The notes below the pieces were generated by a model. It was not told the DNA's origin. It saw nothing but the letters and a program-made list of their open reading frames with translations, and searched no databases. From NCBI GenBank assembly GCA_002633005.1, contig NMRA01000731.1, positions 54,996 to 118,995 on the forward strand: DNA of 64,000 nt, given 5' to 3'. This document shows positions 24,001 to 37,600 of this stretch, one piece after another. The translations under genes and the position numbers were made by a program. Each line of letters starts with the position of its first letter. The stretch's first letter is position 1. This DNA is from Phoronis australis (taxonomy: Eukaryota > Animalia > Phoronida).

Positions 24001-26779
24001 GAAGGTGAAAGTGTCTCCGCTGTGCTTACACACACAGCCTTCTGGGAGCTTGGTGATTTGTTTATGTCTGGCTCTGCTGCTGACCTTCTGCACTATCTTG
24101 GCCACATTACAGTCCCATTGCCTGTTTTAGATCGAGACTATTTAGGCCAAAGAACTCCCGTTGTCTGGTCTAATCAACGAAAAATGTGTCAAATGAGGCA
24201 ACCCCTGCTTGTGAGCTGACCTTTCCATGTGTTGAAATCTTTTTTCTGCCTGTAAATTCCGTTTAAATTTGAGGTATAAAAACTGTAGATGCAACTCTAA
24301 TGAGTGGTTTTATACATCTTACCACTAACTGTTTATGGCACTGTAGGAAGGGTAGATGTCAGGTGTACTGAAATAAATCCTCTTTTGACATGTTCGTTGA
24401 CTTAATACCCAAGCCACACTTATTAAGCCAAACCCAAGCCGCAACTCCTCAAAATCCAAAATATATTGACTCAATCTGGTTTTTGAAGCGACCAATGAAC
24501 TCCATTCAGACTGAATTGTTATCATATTCTTGATACCCTGATTCTGGGGCTGAATGTTTCGACCTCATTCCGCCAATAAGCATTTAAGAATAACACAAAA
24601 TCCCTATCAGGCCCAAAAATTACTCTCTAATAACAAAAAATTGCTCTTGTGGTTAGAATCACTTTCAACTCGGGGATAACGCTGGTATCAAGAGATTTTA
24701 TACTAAAGTCATGTCACCTAAAATGCAAGTTACAAACCGGGTTGCACATCTCCATGATATGTGTGATGTCACGGGAGGTTTTCAACCAACAACTGTCTCG
24801 CAATTGCGTTTTAAAAACTACAGCAGCACTGTAGATGAAATCCCCCAAATGGTGGCGTGACCGTGGGCAGTGGGATGGAATTTGTGTTGTTGGGGGGGGG
24901 NGTTTTTTTCATAGACCTGCTCAGACATCATACAGCACTGCACAATTGTTCTGAAAATCGTGGAAAAATGGTATCTTTTTTAGATAGAAAGGTGTTACTC
25001 GAAAGCTCATGAAAAGTGTCATATGATAAATTGCAATGTCCTTGAAACGCAAAAATAGGGTACACTTATGTTCAAAGAGTGACAACACAGTAAGTAAAAA
25101 CATTTAAAAGACATGGACGGACATGAAGCGCACATCTAGAGCCTCAAAATATACATCTCGCAACATCACTGAAGTTACACGACTCCCAATTTGAATCTGA
25201 ATAAACCGTACAAGAATGCCGTTTCTGCCAAACACTCTTGGTGTGCAAGATAGGCGGAGTTGACGGGGACAAAATGTAATTCTATAAATTTCATTCGCGG
25301 ACATTTTGAGAATTTGGACATTTTGAGTATTTGGACGTATCATTTGAACATTTCAATGTACTTAAATGGCAATTTGACGACATGATGACCATAGAATATA
25401 ATAAGAAAGTCCATTGTATTGAAATCCCCATACAAGTATGCAGAATGTTGTCTATTAACTACTCTGTCACCACCTAGGGACAAAGGGTATTTCCTTATGC
25501 CCCAGCTCAGTGAATCAGAAAATGACTATTGTGCTCGTGAATTATGGATTATCAGATGAAGTAGGATAGACTGCAGTACCAAATACACCATCATGCATAT
25601 TCTAGTAGGGCATTGGATTTCATTGGTCAGGTTACCTTATGTGAATCTCTTGAACTAGGGTCCTCACTCCTCTGAGGAGAAGGGTGCATGTGCCTTCTGA
25701 GAGGAACATGTTTTGGTTGAGGGTAAATTCCACTGTCCGGTCACCACCTGAATTCTACCCCAAGTTTCTACCCCTCATCGGAGATGCCTAAAGGTTGCCA
25801 CTGAAACTAAAGTTTTGTACAAGTGATTATAACCTTAAGGGAAATCTTTTAATCATAGGAGAGGAATTTTTGGACTTGATGAGGGGAATTTGACGCAAAT
25901 TTTCAGTGTTTTTCGGGACTAATATCGATGACCCTTTAAACCCTAGACAAATTGGCTAGGTGTTAAAAATTTCAAAAATTTTACTGATGAGAAAGGTGGT
26001 GCGAAAGTATGTGCTCACATTCTCTGGATGAGCATATGCCAGTTATTTAAAATTAAAAAGTTTTAATTTTGTCATCCTGTGGTGCGTTTCGAAGTCCCAA
26101 GATATTCGCGAAAGAAGCTTGATCACATGCGTCGCTTATAACGCACGACGCTACATTGCGAAGAGTTATCTTGCATTTTGCATCTGTGGAATGCAACCCT
26201 GGATATTGTATTTGCTTGGTTTATTCCTATGTCTAAGGTTTGTGTTTTGTTTCTTGGTCTTGTTCCGAGCTAGGAGGTTGAAGTCATTTTGACAGGCTTA
26301 TATATTTGGCCAATTGAAGATGGCAGAGGTGGATGCGGAAATCTAGACTCCATTTGGCTGCAAGCAGGAATTATAACCATAATGATGATTTGTAAAGCAG
26401 TTATTATTAAAATTTATTTTTTCACCCAGTCATCAGCCAGCACCTTAGTGGCAGTCTAGATCTGTCCAAATGACTTGTTTTTCGAAATGTTTAAGTTACT
26501 GAACCAGATTAAATTTTAGCACATAGGTATTTTTGGTGGCATTCTTGCCAGTTGCTTTTCATACAGGTAAGACTCTTCAAGAAACATGTCTGGTTGAGTT
26601 TTGACGTGACTTATATTTGCAGTCAGTGTTGAAACTGATTTCGTGTTTGGCAAGCATCTCGTGGGAAACATAATAGTATCAAAATGTTTGACAAGTGAAC
26701 GTATTTTTTAATATGAGCACAGTCCCAAAAATCACTTTCACATTATATCCAGGTTATTATTTACTTTTTTGCATACGTA

Positions 26780-26916
26780 TACTTGTAAGACCGAGCTCAG
26801 AGGATTAGAAGACACCTTTGCGCAGTGCTCAGTTGTCAGCCAGTAAAGCCAGGGTTAGTACCCGTATTTCTCAAACGGAAGTGCGGAGCTTAAACCACTG
26901 AGCCACACTGTCTGGT
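26780..26916 (-). mobile_element. tRNA-derived SINE remnant
   Basis: Minus strand: gacagtgTGGCTCAGTGGtttaagctccgcac... (A box) and ggGTACTAACCctggc (degenerate B box) at tRNA-like spacing; no intact cloverleaf. Confidence 0.55.
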
Positions 26917-29900
26917 CAAATAAACGTATAAATAGAAAAAGTTCATTTTTTATTTATTTTGTCAAGCAAGCATTTGAGATAGATGAGTACATAACTAGAG
27001 TGTGTAAATTGCATTCTCTTATTTAGTAAACTTTTGAGTCGAAAAAGGAAAAGTTAGGCTCGGTCTGTTCACATCGCATGTTCTGCCGAAAGTGACCATG
27101 GCAAAGTATGTTTTCATTATTTGTGCTAATGACTGGTAATACAGAAAAATGACATGCCTTTAGACAGCAAAACTATAAAAGCAATGGCTGGTTTTAGTAG
27201 TGATAAAGAAAACTTTTCAGCAAAGAAAGTGATACAGTACGTTTTACCAATAGTAACTCTATGTTTTGACATGCTTGCAAGTCTCTGGCACCGTTCATAC
27301 AGGGCACTTTGTTTGGATGTCCAGGACCAATCAAAATTGTCCAAGTATGAATTTTTGGTTTCAAGTAATCGATACCTGAGATTTGTTGTGAGAGGAGACC
27401 AAGCAGCCAAAGGTAGACAACAGCCTGTGGCATTGTTTTCATTGTGCAAGATTACTTTTAATTCAAAAACTCGTTGCCACAGGAAGACAGCAGGCTAGCT
27501 CTGTGAAGGGGAATGTACTTGAGAGGTCGATGTAAACCAGTCAGCTCAAGATTTCATGGAGTTTCACTATGACCAGTGACCAGTTTATAATTTATGTCCT
27601 CAGCCTTGGGTGGGGTTGGCTAATCATGTGATAACCCTCAGGCTGTTTGAGGTGGTGATGTACTTGTCTGGGTCACACGAGTGCATTGATCAGGCCATGA
27701 CCCACGTGTTCTATTTTACTTGGTGTCAATTCAACGTTGAATTGATGGGCGCCATACTTGGAATCGCGTTCATTTGTGAATTATTCTTTTTATGCAATCA
27801 AATGTAATGCCATTTATTTAATCGATATGTTGATTCCCGACATACTTGGTGTCAATCAAACCAGTCGCGTGACCACGCCCCCATTCTATGAAGATCAAGC
27901 TTGTGACCTGTCCCTTGTGCTAGTCACGTGTTACCCAGCCAAGGATGCCTTTGTCAGACTGCACCGGCAGATGAAAAACAAGATTTTTTAGAACCCAGAG
28001 GCACTTTTATGAAACAAGGAAGCCAGCTTTGGCCACAGGCAACTGTCTATCGATCTATATGACATCCCTACATCCCAGTGAAGGTTTCTTTTGTTAGGTC
28101 TTGTGTTTCATTGGGGGGGACAGTTGCCTACTGTCTTTAAAGGTGAAGAAAGGTGCAAAGCGTGAAATTATAACGAGCTCAATCAATCATATTAAAGGTG
28201 ATCAATCGGGATTGTGTTTGTGTGTTGCTCTAATATCACTGCCCAGCACATTAATCCTGAGTTTCACACCTGAGGTTGTAGGTATCTTGAATTTGGCAAA
28301 ACGCCAAAATAGTTGCGAGTGCCAGACTGGTGAAGTTTTCTTAGTTATTGAATTGCGAAGAGAACGATGTGTTTAAGGTTTGCAGTCAGCCCCTAAGCAT
28401 GTGATGTGGTACATGCAAGCCTTATTTGACCATAAGGAGTCATTGATGTGGGGGGATTTCTACTGGCTAGATATACCAAATGAATGATCTTATGTTTTTT
28501 GATATCATGAACGTAATATGAATGTGGCACTATAACCGGCACATCTGGTGCTAAATGAAAAGAAAATTAATGGAACTGTCAAACTAAATGTATGCGGCTG
28601 TAAAAATGACCACTTTGAGGAAGTAAAATTGAGAGGTCCTCAGTCCCTGGAACTGGGATAATTACGGTGATGTTAAATTGGCATTCAAAACATGCGTAGA
28701 CTCTTGCGTTAAGCTTTTTGTGGTTGACTTATTAAGTTATATGCATTTATGTCTAGTTAACGTTGTTTCAAAAGGAAAAGCGTTCGACTGAAATGGGTCA
28801 GTTTTGCGCAATGAAGAAATGTGTTATAAATTCACTTAATATCTTTGTTACTGTTACCGTTGACTACTCGAATATTAACTGTCCACTGTACAATTAACAC
28901 AGACTAAGACATAAGCTAATTTAGAAATCTGAAAGTTCGATTTCAATTTGACCCTACTGCACAGTATAATTTAAGTCTGTATTAGGCAATAAATAAAAAC
29001 AATAAATAAACAATAAAAAAACAAAAAATAATGTAACTAAAACACAGTTAGAAAGTTGAGCGCAGTATTGTGTGAAAGTGTTAATGTTTGGTATTGAAAA
29101 CTTTATTTATGCAGCCACGAAATCACTAAATGCATTTTGTTAGTGGGGTCACCTGTTGATCATCACTAGGTGATGGAGACATTAAAACATTTCCGACTCG
29201 TTCGCGTCACCTTATGGTGACAAACGATTTTTGTTCAGCTCCCATCATCATTGGACCTGCATTGGATGGAAATTGAATTTGAAGCTCCACCTTTTGGCTG
29301 ATTACATTAAAATTTCTTCAGTTTAGGATGCTTTCTAAACTTTGGGGCACCGAAATTCAAGCCAAAATGGAACTTTCTTGATTCAGAAGATTGGAACACA
29401 AGCAATTTTGGTGCCTATCACATTTCTCAAAATATATCAAACACTGCATTTTGCATCAGTGGTTAAAACTCAGAAATAGCTGCCAGTTCCCATGATCTCT
29501 TGTCACTGCTCTTAGTTCTTAAATTTGGAATGACCAACACCGCTATTTCTAACATTTGGTACAAGCTCCGACCTTGAGCAAAATGAACAATTTTTTTGGC
29601 AGTTACAAACTAGAGAATTTTTACGGTATCATAACACTGCTAACCACAAAAATCACCGCAGCATTCAATTTTATTTTCACCATGATGCACCATCTTGAAA
29701 ACCAATGTATACTAGACAAGGGCAGACTGTGGTTGGCTGAAAACTGATCCTGGTTGAAGTGCTGTGCCCTGTTGTCTGGACTGCCCAGTGTGAGGGCTGC
29801 TGCCAGACTGACCACAATAGGGCAGTAATAGTTGTGGTCAGCTAACCCTTGTTTGTTTATTATTGTAGGTATTGTAAGGCAGACTCAATAGAACCAGGGA

Positions 29901-31803
29901 GGAGAAACCACAGTGACAATTATGGTGAACTCTCAAAAGCTTAGGACACAACATGGGGTACAATTGAAGTGATATTTTTTCGGTGTTTTTTTCATGAATG
30001 ATAAATAGCGCTGAATAAATAGGTCATCATTATCAAGATCTATACCACAGTTACCAACTGAGATATTGTGGGCATTCACAGCAATGTTAGGAGACTTTGA
30101 AAAGAAAAGCAAAATCAATCAAGTTTGGCAGTTATTTTAGTCTCAAATTAGAGAGGTTTTAGCAGAAGCAACACTATCAAAATACAGGACATAATGAAGA
30201 TGGATTACACACCACACGTGTATCTAGCCTGGGGCCTGTCTTCCATAGAAGCAGTTGTCAGAGAATCCTCATCCCCCGTCCTCCCCCTGCCGCCTGGTGT
30301 GTCCAGAGTGGGTAAAGTTTGGGGGTATCGATGATTACATCGCTGTTCTAGTTTCTTTAGTCTTCCTTGCCGCCAACAGATCCAATGAAAGCACAATAAG
30401 TGGTAATCCCGTGTCAATTATCCCGGCTACCAGTGTCCTGCGATCTGACAACTCTCTGCTGATCATACAAGTTTTGAGGCAACGAAAATTGATAGCTTCA
30501 TAAAAATTATGTCTTTGTTGATAGCACCTAGCGTAATCGCGAAGCATTTTAAAAACACCACCAAACAGCATTTCAAAGTGCATGATTGTCATATAGTGTA
30601 AGTACGAGTGCATTTGAATCTGATCCAGGTTTTCACCAAGATTTCAAAGATAGGACATCAAAATGTGTTTCCCAATTTCACGTGGCCGTATAGTACGTTA
30701 CTGTGGAAACGTGATATCATATCTTACATCATATGCTAAATAAGTTTTGTTCTTGACAGGCCAGTGAGCTCTCAGAACTGCTGTTGCAAAGTTAAAAGAG
30801 ACACTAATGCTTGAGGTTCCTCTTTTCACCATCTGAATAGATTGAGAGCAGAAATACACTCACAAGAACGCATGGCATGCATTATACACTAGTGCCATCT
30901 GGTGAGTTTCAAGTTGCCCATTGTTCTATCACATTTTCAATAGCATTACGAAGTATAATTTGAAATGGTTGATTATTAGTTTGAAACCTCTTGCAGCACC
31001 ATTTCAGATGAGCGTGGAATTCAAACCGAACAGAACGCACTTTGTGGTTGGTGGACTGCCTGGTCGCAGAAACAATCATTAACCTTCATTTGATCCCTAG
31101 AACAACTGTAACATTTTGAGTGCTAACTTGCCACGGGGTTTGTTTCAACGTATGGTAGGACTAAACTGTTTCATAAAATTTACATTAACTTTTTTTTGCT
31201 CTGCGTTTTGTAAGAACCTCAGTGGATACCTGGTGAAGGTGTTCTTAGGGTTGTGTTGCAAATTTTTAGCATGATAGTTAAACTTTAGTATATGGTGTGG
31301 TGGCTCCAATGTTACGAAAGTCTAGTGAGCCCATTTGCGTCATCATTTAATGGCCACAATGGTTGTCTTACAAATTGAGAAAAATGTGCAGTTGTTATTG
31401 CCATCTTCTTTTGTGTCATTGGATGCGTACATACCCTGCGGCCTACATCTTTTCTTCCTATTGCCGGCCTTTTGTTGGTCTTATTTTTAACGTACAGTCT
31501 TATTCATTGGTGACATTAACACAAGCTACCTGACAGGAGTAAATGTATTGTGAGTTAGAGGCAAAAGTCATTTGCTAACGGTAATAAATGTGACATTAAT
31601 GAAAATGATGAAAATGTGTGTGAGTACTTTTTGGAGTGTTTTGTACCACTTTGAACTCTGTTGTCAGATAGTTTGAATGATAGGGTCATCAGTTGCATTA
31701 AGTTTATGGCAATGTGAAAGTCACTGGTAAAGGATGACAACGTTTTGCATGAAGCATCGGGTTTACCTTGTGACTGTAGTATATCTTCCATGATACTACT
31801 CAC

Positions 31804-31876
31804 TGGTCAAAGTTCACCTGCTAAGTTCTGAGTTCTCCTCCTCAGATCAGAGGTCATCTGCAAAGTTCAAAGGTCA
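31804..31876 (+). promoter_or_regulatory. Cluster of nuclear-receptor DR1 elements (candidate enhancer)
   Basis: TGGTCA-A-AGTTCA (31804-31816), AGGTCA (31851-31856) and AGTTCA-A-AGGTCA (31864-31876) within 75 bp. Confidence 0.4.
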
Positions 31877-32339
31877 ATGCGGCAGTGACAGGAGATCTTG
31901 ACTTTTTTGTCCAATTGAGTGTTGTTTTTCAGGTTACACACGGTGTTCTTGGCAATAAAAGCAGAGACTATTTTGATGAAAGGTGGGGGGGCTCTGAAGT
32001 ATTAGGGCAACATAACTTTATTAAACAAAAATAAAGATATTGCTAGTACAAACTGGCATGTTTCGGATATTGTCAATCAAAATTATGAAATTATGCAAGT
32101 GCTGCCCATGAAACACGCTCTCATTCCTTTGCGCTATCATTTGGCGGACATTTCCATTTCCCCCTCAATGCCTGTTCACAAAGGTATCAAAAAATTTCCC
32201 CAGCTTATTAATTTTTCCAGTTTCTGCTTAAGAATTGGTTAACCAGTTATGATTGTGGCTTTAACAAATGTGTCTGGCATTCTGGAGTTTGTATCTCAAC
32301 AAAAGTGTATTGTTACAAACAATGCAGCAAAGTGTATAC

Positions 32340-32502
32340 AATAAGTCCTATTCGAAAGGACCGTCTGAGAAGTTTTATCCTAAAAAAAGGGTGCAGGTGG
32401 CCTGATGCCTTTTGCGGTATATCAGACGTGTTTAGGCCACAAGGCCTGGCCCCTTACACTATTCACCTAGCGACCACTGCCGACTACCGAAGTCCGGCGA
32501 CT
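32340..32502 (-). mobile_element. Possible SINE body fragment
   Basis: GC-richer island; minus strand cagacggtcctttcgaataggact resembles central domains of invertebrate tRNA-SINEs; no clear head. Confidence 0.3.
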
Positions 32503-33778
32503 CAAAGTTGATCCAGTTTCTGCATTTGAAAACGCACCCTTGTTTTGAAGCAAATTACGGGCACTTGATTCTAAATTTTCAAAAGGTGGGGGTAGACACT
32601 TTTGGGCACATTTTTTGGTGTTCGAGGTCTTCCGACACATCTGGGTTTTCAGTTATGGAGAACAGTCTGCATGACTTGTACATGTCAAACTTTTATAGAG
32701 AAAATGTTATGTATTAAAAATGTTTAGTTTGAGGTATGCATGCAGATGTAACATCGCAGTGTTAGGCCATGTACGCTTCTTTGTGACTGTTAGATGTAGG
32801 AAGTGGTGAGGCGGGCCCAACCCCAATTTCCAAATGACAAACCTTCATGAGAGCCCCAAAGCATTGCATGGTGGTGCTGTTTTGACTTTTTGGCCATGAT
32901 CGTAGGAGGTCTGCGGTCGCCTCGCCCATTCAATTGCCTTTTGTTGGAAGTCTGTGTTGTCAGATGCATTCTAGGTCTACATGTGTTTGGGAGACTGGAG
33001 ATGGCTGAAGTGGTCTATCAGTCCAGTGGCTGGGCAACACTTTCTATGTGGAAGGGAGGGTCTTGGTTTTCAAACCAGGCTTGGCAAATGTCAGAACAAT
33101 CACGCAATGTAAAAATTGGCATCTCTGCAGTCACTTAATTACTTCAATACTTTAGAGAGTGATCGATTTCAGTTGTGAAGCATCTGTCAAGTTTCTAGTA
33201 GTAAAAGATGCAGTCATGGTTGAATTAGTATGTTTCACATTTATTCCCCCAAAGTACTTCCGACTGCTGTATGCGTATTCCATCTGAGTCCAAGGCATTT
33301 ACATTTTGCCTCGGTCATCCCGCAGCACTGCAGGAGCTCAGACAGTTCAGTGACTGGTTGCTTTGCCTAGCGCAGGTGTTGTAATCATGGGAGAGTTGCC
33401 AGTTTATGTCCACCATTCAGGTCTGTTGGCTGTTTATAGTCAGACACTACCAGACGGTCATTGGCCTGAGATGACCTCACCTTCGTTTAAGCCTAATGGC
33501 TAGGCGCAGCTCCTACCACATGCTATTGCGGATCAATACTGTCTCATCATTTGTGGTGTCACCAACCGTGATCCGATCACGAGTTCGCTCTTGTGATCTG
33601 TGGACATGTCAAAAAAAATCGGTTTAACCGTTATAAATCTTGTCAAATTGCATCGTTACGTTTTGTGATGTGTGTGTTTTGACCATTGTCTGTGATTTTA
33701 TTTAAGTAAGTTGATTATGAAGTACCCGTAGAGATGATCTGCAAATTTTGCCATCCATTTTTTTGTCAACAAAAACTA

Positions 33779-34790
33779 CTGCATTCGCCCTAATAAGTGC
33801 CCGGGCACTTAGAAAAATTCATTTCAGTGTGGGGATGCGTATTGTAACCTAAGGTTTATTGTAACCTAATGTGGTTCAAAACCCAGTCTCAGAAACAGGT
33901 GAAATCGGAAGCTAGAATTCATCAAATTTATGCTCTGACTTATCTGTAACCATGACAGACTTTCTATAAAATTGTGATGCATTGATATCATACTTCGTTG
34001 TTAAATTACGAGTATTTTACAGAAAATTGCGCTGAAATCCCAGCGCAAAAACTCACCGATGCATCACTGCCTCGCGATCGTCGATATGGCAACTTGAATA
34101 AAAATAGTTTCGACTCAACAAATTACCTGAAATCCTCACTTAAGTTTTCCAAATAGATTCCCTAAGATTTTCAGGTTGCTGTGGAGTTGGGATTAACAAC
34201 AGGTTAAGTCCAAATCTGCGCAACATCGTTCCATGCAGCACAAGAAAAATCTCTGGACGAACACTCTGGAAAACACATGTTGTCACGTGACGTTTGTTTT
34301 GAAGTTCAATGTCTTAGGTTGTGTGTGAGTGACCGAGTGCGTGTAATCAGTGTTCATTTGTAAACGTAATGTAACGATATAGGTGTGCAATGTAACTAAA
34401 GAAATTAACACATACAGTAAAGCAGAATGTGTTTTATAGCTCTTGCTGGTCTCATCTACTGTTAAAATGTGCGAGAATTGTCTCGGTAAGGACGATATAC
34501 CGGTATATTAATGTTCCATGAGGCATACCCTCTGTTTGAAGTATAGTGACCTGGCTAAATACCGACATAGCAGCAAGGCTGGTGGTCTATAAATTCCGGG
34601 CACAATGATTTTTTTAAGACTACCAGATCTTGTTAATAAATTGAAGACATTACTGTAGAATTTCAGAATTGTAGGTAAATCATTTTTTTGCATGTACACA
34701 TTCATGGGCTGGGCATTTATTTCAGCAAAGTCTGAAAACGTGTGAGGGTTGCTTATAGGGGGCATGGGCGCTTATTAGGTCTATCTGTAA
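33779..34790 (-). mobile_element. Non-autonomous Tc2/pogo-type element, inverted and internally deleted relative of 47871-49161
   Basis: Starts ta|ctgcattcgccctaataagtgcccgggcacttag; colinear reverse-complement similarity to ~48630-49161 and ~47890-48095; retains gatcttgttaataaattgaagacattactgtag (DLVNKLKTLL-stop). Confidence 0.85.
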
Positions 34791-35512
34791 AAATGAGTTG
34801 TTGTTTTCATTTTTTGAGAAAAAATTGATGAAATTAATTTGTGATTTAAAATTATTCTTCATTCAGAAGTTAGGTAAAAATACCTCTGTACGTGGCGTGA
34901 AACAGTCAAGATGGCAAACCGTGCTCTGAGGTCATTTAATTATTTAAGTCTGATGTGATAATAATAAGGTTTGGTTTAGTCAGGCACGTGGTCAAACTCC
35001 ATTAATGATAACATCATGACCATGAGCCCACCTGCTTGTTCAGGTAGCCAAATATTATGCTTTTTGCACTGTTTTCCAAAACAATAAAAGGAATTGCATT
35101 TAAAATGTTCCCCTTTGCATGAGGGCCTATAAAGATGGGACATTTGTGATTTTGTTGAAGGAAGTTACCCTTAAAGGTTTGAAAACAAAATATTATTGAA
35201 AAGTGTATCTGCATTTTCGAGATGTGACCTTGAACATTTATGAAATAAAATTTTATCATGTTATTGATACCATTGTTTTGCTATCAATGTACCTTTGTTT
35301 TTTTTGCTAAATTTTACTTAGAAATACATGGTCACATGACCTAATTAGTAATTGGTACAAATTCGGAAATTAAATTCTACAGGACTTTTAACTTTCACAA
35401 AAACACGCTTTTACTGGGTTAAAATAAACAATGTTATAGATATTTGACTCAACCAGCAGACCTGTCAATGAAAGCGCTCGGAGGAGTAACAATTGGTGAA
35501 ATTAACTGAAAA

Positions 35513-35560
35513 GACGACGATGAAGATGACGATGATGATGATGATGATTAGGATGATGAT
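35513..35560. repeat. (GAT/GAC)n microsatellite
   Basis: gacgacgatgaagatgacgatgatgatgatgatgattaggatgatgat; in-frame stop inside. Confidence 0.85.
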
Positions 35561-35719
35561 AGTGGAGATTATGAACAACACGATAACAATCATATGACTA
35601 GCAAAGATGTCAGAAATCAGTAAGAAATACTGCTACTGTCTTGTTCAATGTAAGCAATTTCTTGAAAATTGAAAAATATTTATTAAGGAAGCCATGACGC
35701 CTTCTTTTTTCACAAGTTT

Positions 35720-36390
35720 TACAGTCTGCACCACCTAGTGGGGATGTTAAAAATTCTATATTCTGTTTTTGGCGTTGGCTTCTCTATTTGCCAAACCACT
35801 CCAAAGATCATTGTGAAAATTATTAGATGCATTTCTGATGAAAACACAATGGCAGACTTTGATTTTCGTTGGGGTTCAACTACTTTGGCTCCCCCTAGTG
35901 GCAATTTTGTTTTTCGTCTTTCATTGACTTTTTCTATGTAATCCTTTGAAGGATCTTTGTGAAATTTGGTGCATTATTTTTACGGAGACAACGTGGCTTG
36001 GGAGTTTCAGACCTGAATCTGACTTACTGCTGTGCCCCCCCCCCAATGGCAGTTTCATATTTTATGTTTGCTGACTGTCTCCTCTGAATTGATCGATGGA
36101 TTTTGTTGAAATTCGGCAAATATGCTTCTATTAATAGACAACAGTTCTGTTAAATTTTCACATGGATTTGATGTGTTTCTTCTCTACCTAGTGGCTGTTT
36201 TAGTTTTAAAGTCATTTTTTGGCATCCGCCACTATCTGCCAAACCATTCAAAGGATCATTTTAAAAATTTAACAGATCTGTTGCTGATGAGAAAGTTGTG
36301 CCTGAAGTTGATGTTTGAATGGGCCTGGCAGCTCTGGCGTCCCCAAATAGTCTTTTTTGAATCCACGACTGTATCTCCTTAATTTTCAGA
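35720..36390 (+). mobile_element. Helentron-associated (HINE/DINE-like) element fragment with ~150-160 bp subrepeats
   Basis: Recurring cc(a/c)cctagtgg, ctgtatctcct, aaggatc.ttgtgaaa.tt motifs shared with 39945-40780 and 56380-57330. Confidence 0.65.
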
Positions 36391-37159
36391 AGAACTTTAT
36401 GCTTACATTCTGAATTAATGAAATGTGTAGTAAATGGCAATGTTTCTTGATAACTGCTACCGGTAAAATCCCCAGGGCACAGGCTTCTTAATCCTCAGCC
36501 ATCTGGTGTGTCTTGTATTTTATTCATTTGAAAACAGGATGTTATTTTTCTGAATATCTAAGACGTGTTGCTACACGGAAGAGAGGAGACATCCAAGAAT
36601 CTAAACCTCTCAGTGCATACATCATTGGTGATCAATTGATCTGAATGTGCCCAGTTGTTGGTTTTGTGGACACATTGGTGCAGTGTGGGTGACGAGAATT
36701 CGGTTTTGAAATTGGCCAACAAACACCAGAGTATTGGCCAGAATCATGCAGTACATGCCACAACTTGTCTGCCAACTTAGACAAGGAATTACCTATCATG
36801 ACAAGTGAACCCGAGCAGAATTCCCTGTTGTGGGCTCAGAGTGCAAAAGGCATTCACAATCAGAGCTAGTCCTGACGAATCATGACAGGTACTTGTCATA
36901 ACTTGGAAATCGTGGAATAGCCATTATCTGATATAATGATCACATAGTGAAATTTGAATTTTCGCTAGGTGACCATACAGTAAGTGGTAAAGAGCATTCT
37001 GCATTCTGTATGTATTAAAGTGAGTGGGATATTTTCCAGGATTTCCGTTCGCCATCTTCATGCTTTCAAATTGCCAATGTTGTGCGTTATGATATTCAAA
37101 TGTTGTCCAACGTCTCAAAGTGTCCGTGAAAGAAATCATTTGGCCAAGTGAATGATGCT

Positions 37160-37600
37160 CTTTCATGAAAAGAATCCTACATTGACGTCCCAACCGGTCA
37201 AAATTAGGCAACTCCACCGGTTTGCACACCTCAGAATCTGCCAGTTTAGATCAAAGGCATCATGCTGTTGTGGATAATTAAATCGTCTTAGACTACTGAT
37301 GTTATCGTTCTCCAGGTGAGACCCATCATAAATACTTTAGAGACGACAATAGTATTTTAAAATTTCATTGTGAAAGTTCGTGAATAGCATATTTGAATAG
37401 TTCGCGAAAGGCACATGTGATTGAGTTTTTGAATTTTGAAAATCAGACAAGAAATGACTTTTACTTCATAAAACTGTTGAACGTTGCCAGTATTCTGTTT
37501 CTCATTAATTCTACTGGGTGTGCAAAATGGGCCAATTACCAAACCACCAGGCAGCAGTTGGATTTCGAGGTATGCCAAGTGTCGTACAATTGTTAGCACG
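37160..37600 (-). mobile_element. Unclassified dispersed repeat, inverted relative of 45616-46070 / 46975-47429
   Basis: e.g. gggccaattaccaaaccaccaggcagcagttggattt is the reverse complement of aaatccaactgctgcctggtggtttggtaattggccc at ~45653-45689; similarity continues for ~450 bp. Confidence 0.85.

Noticed and set aside
27126-27498. Overlapping 107-114 aa ORFs on both strands
   Set aside because: No recognisable motif or convincing splice context; lengths compatible with chance.
35447-35620. Acidic (Asp-rich) stretch as candidate exon 2 of the MSRRKQ gene
   Set aside because: Stops in all frames after the nearby AG acceptors and a TAG within the GAT run; treated as microsatellite.
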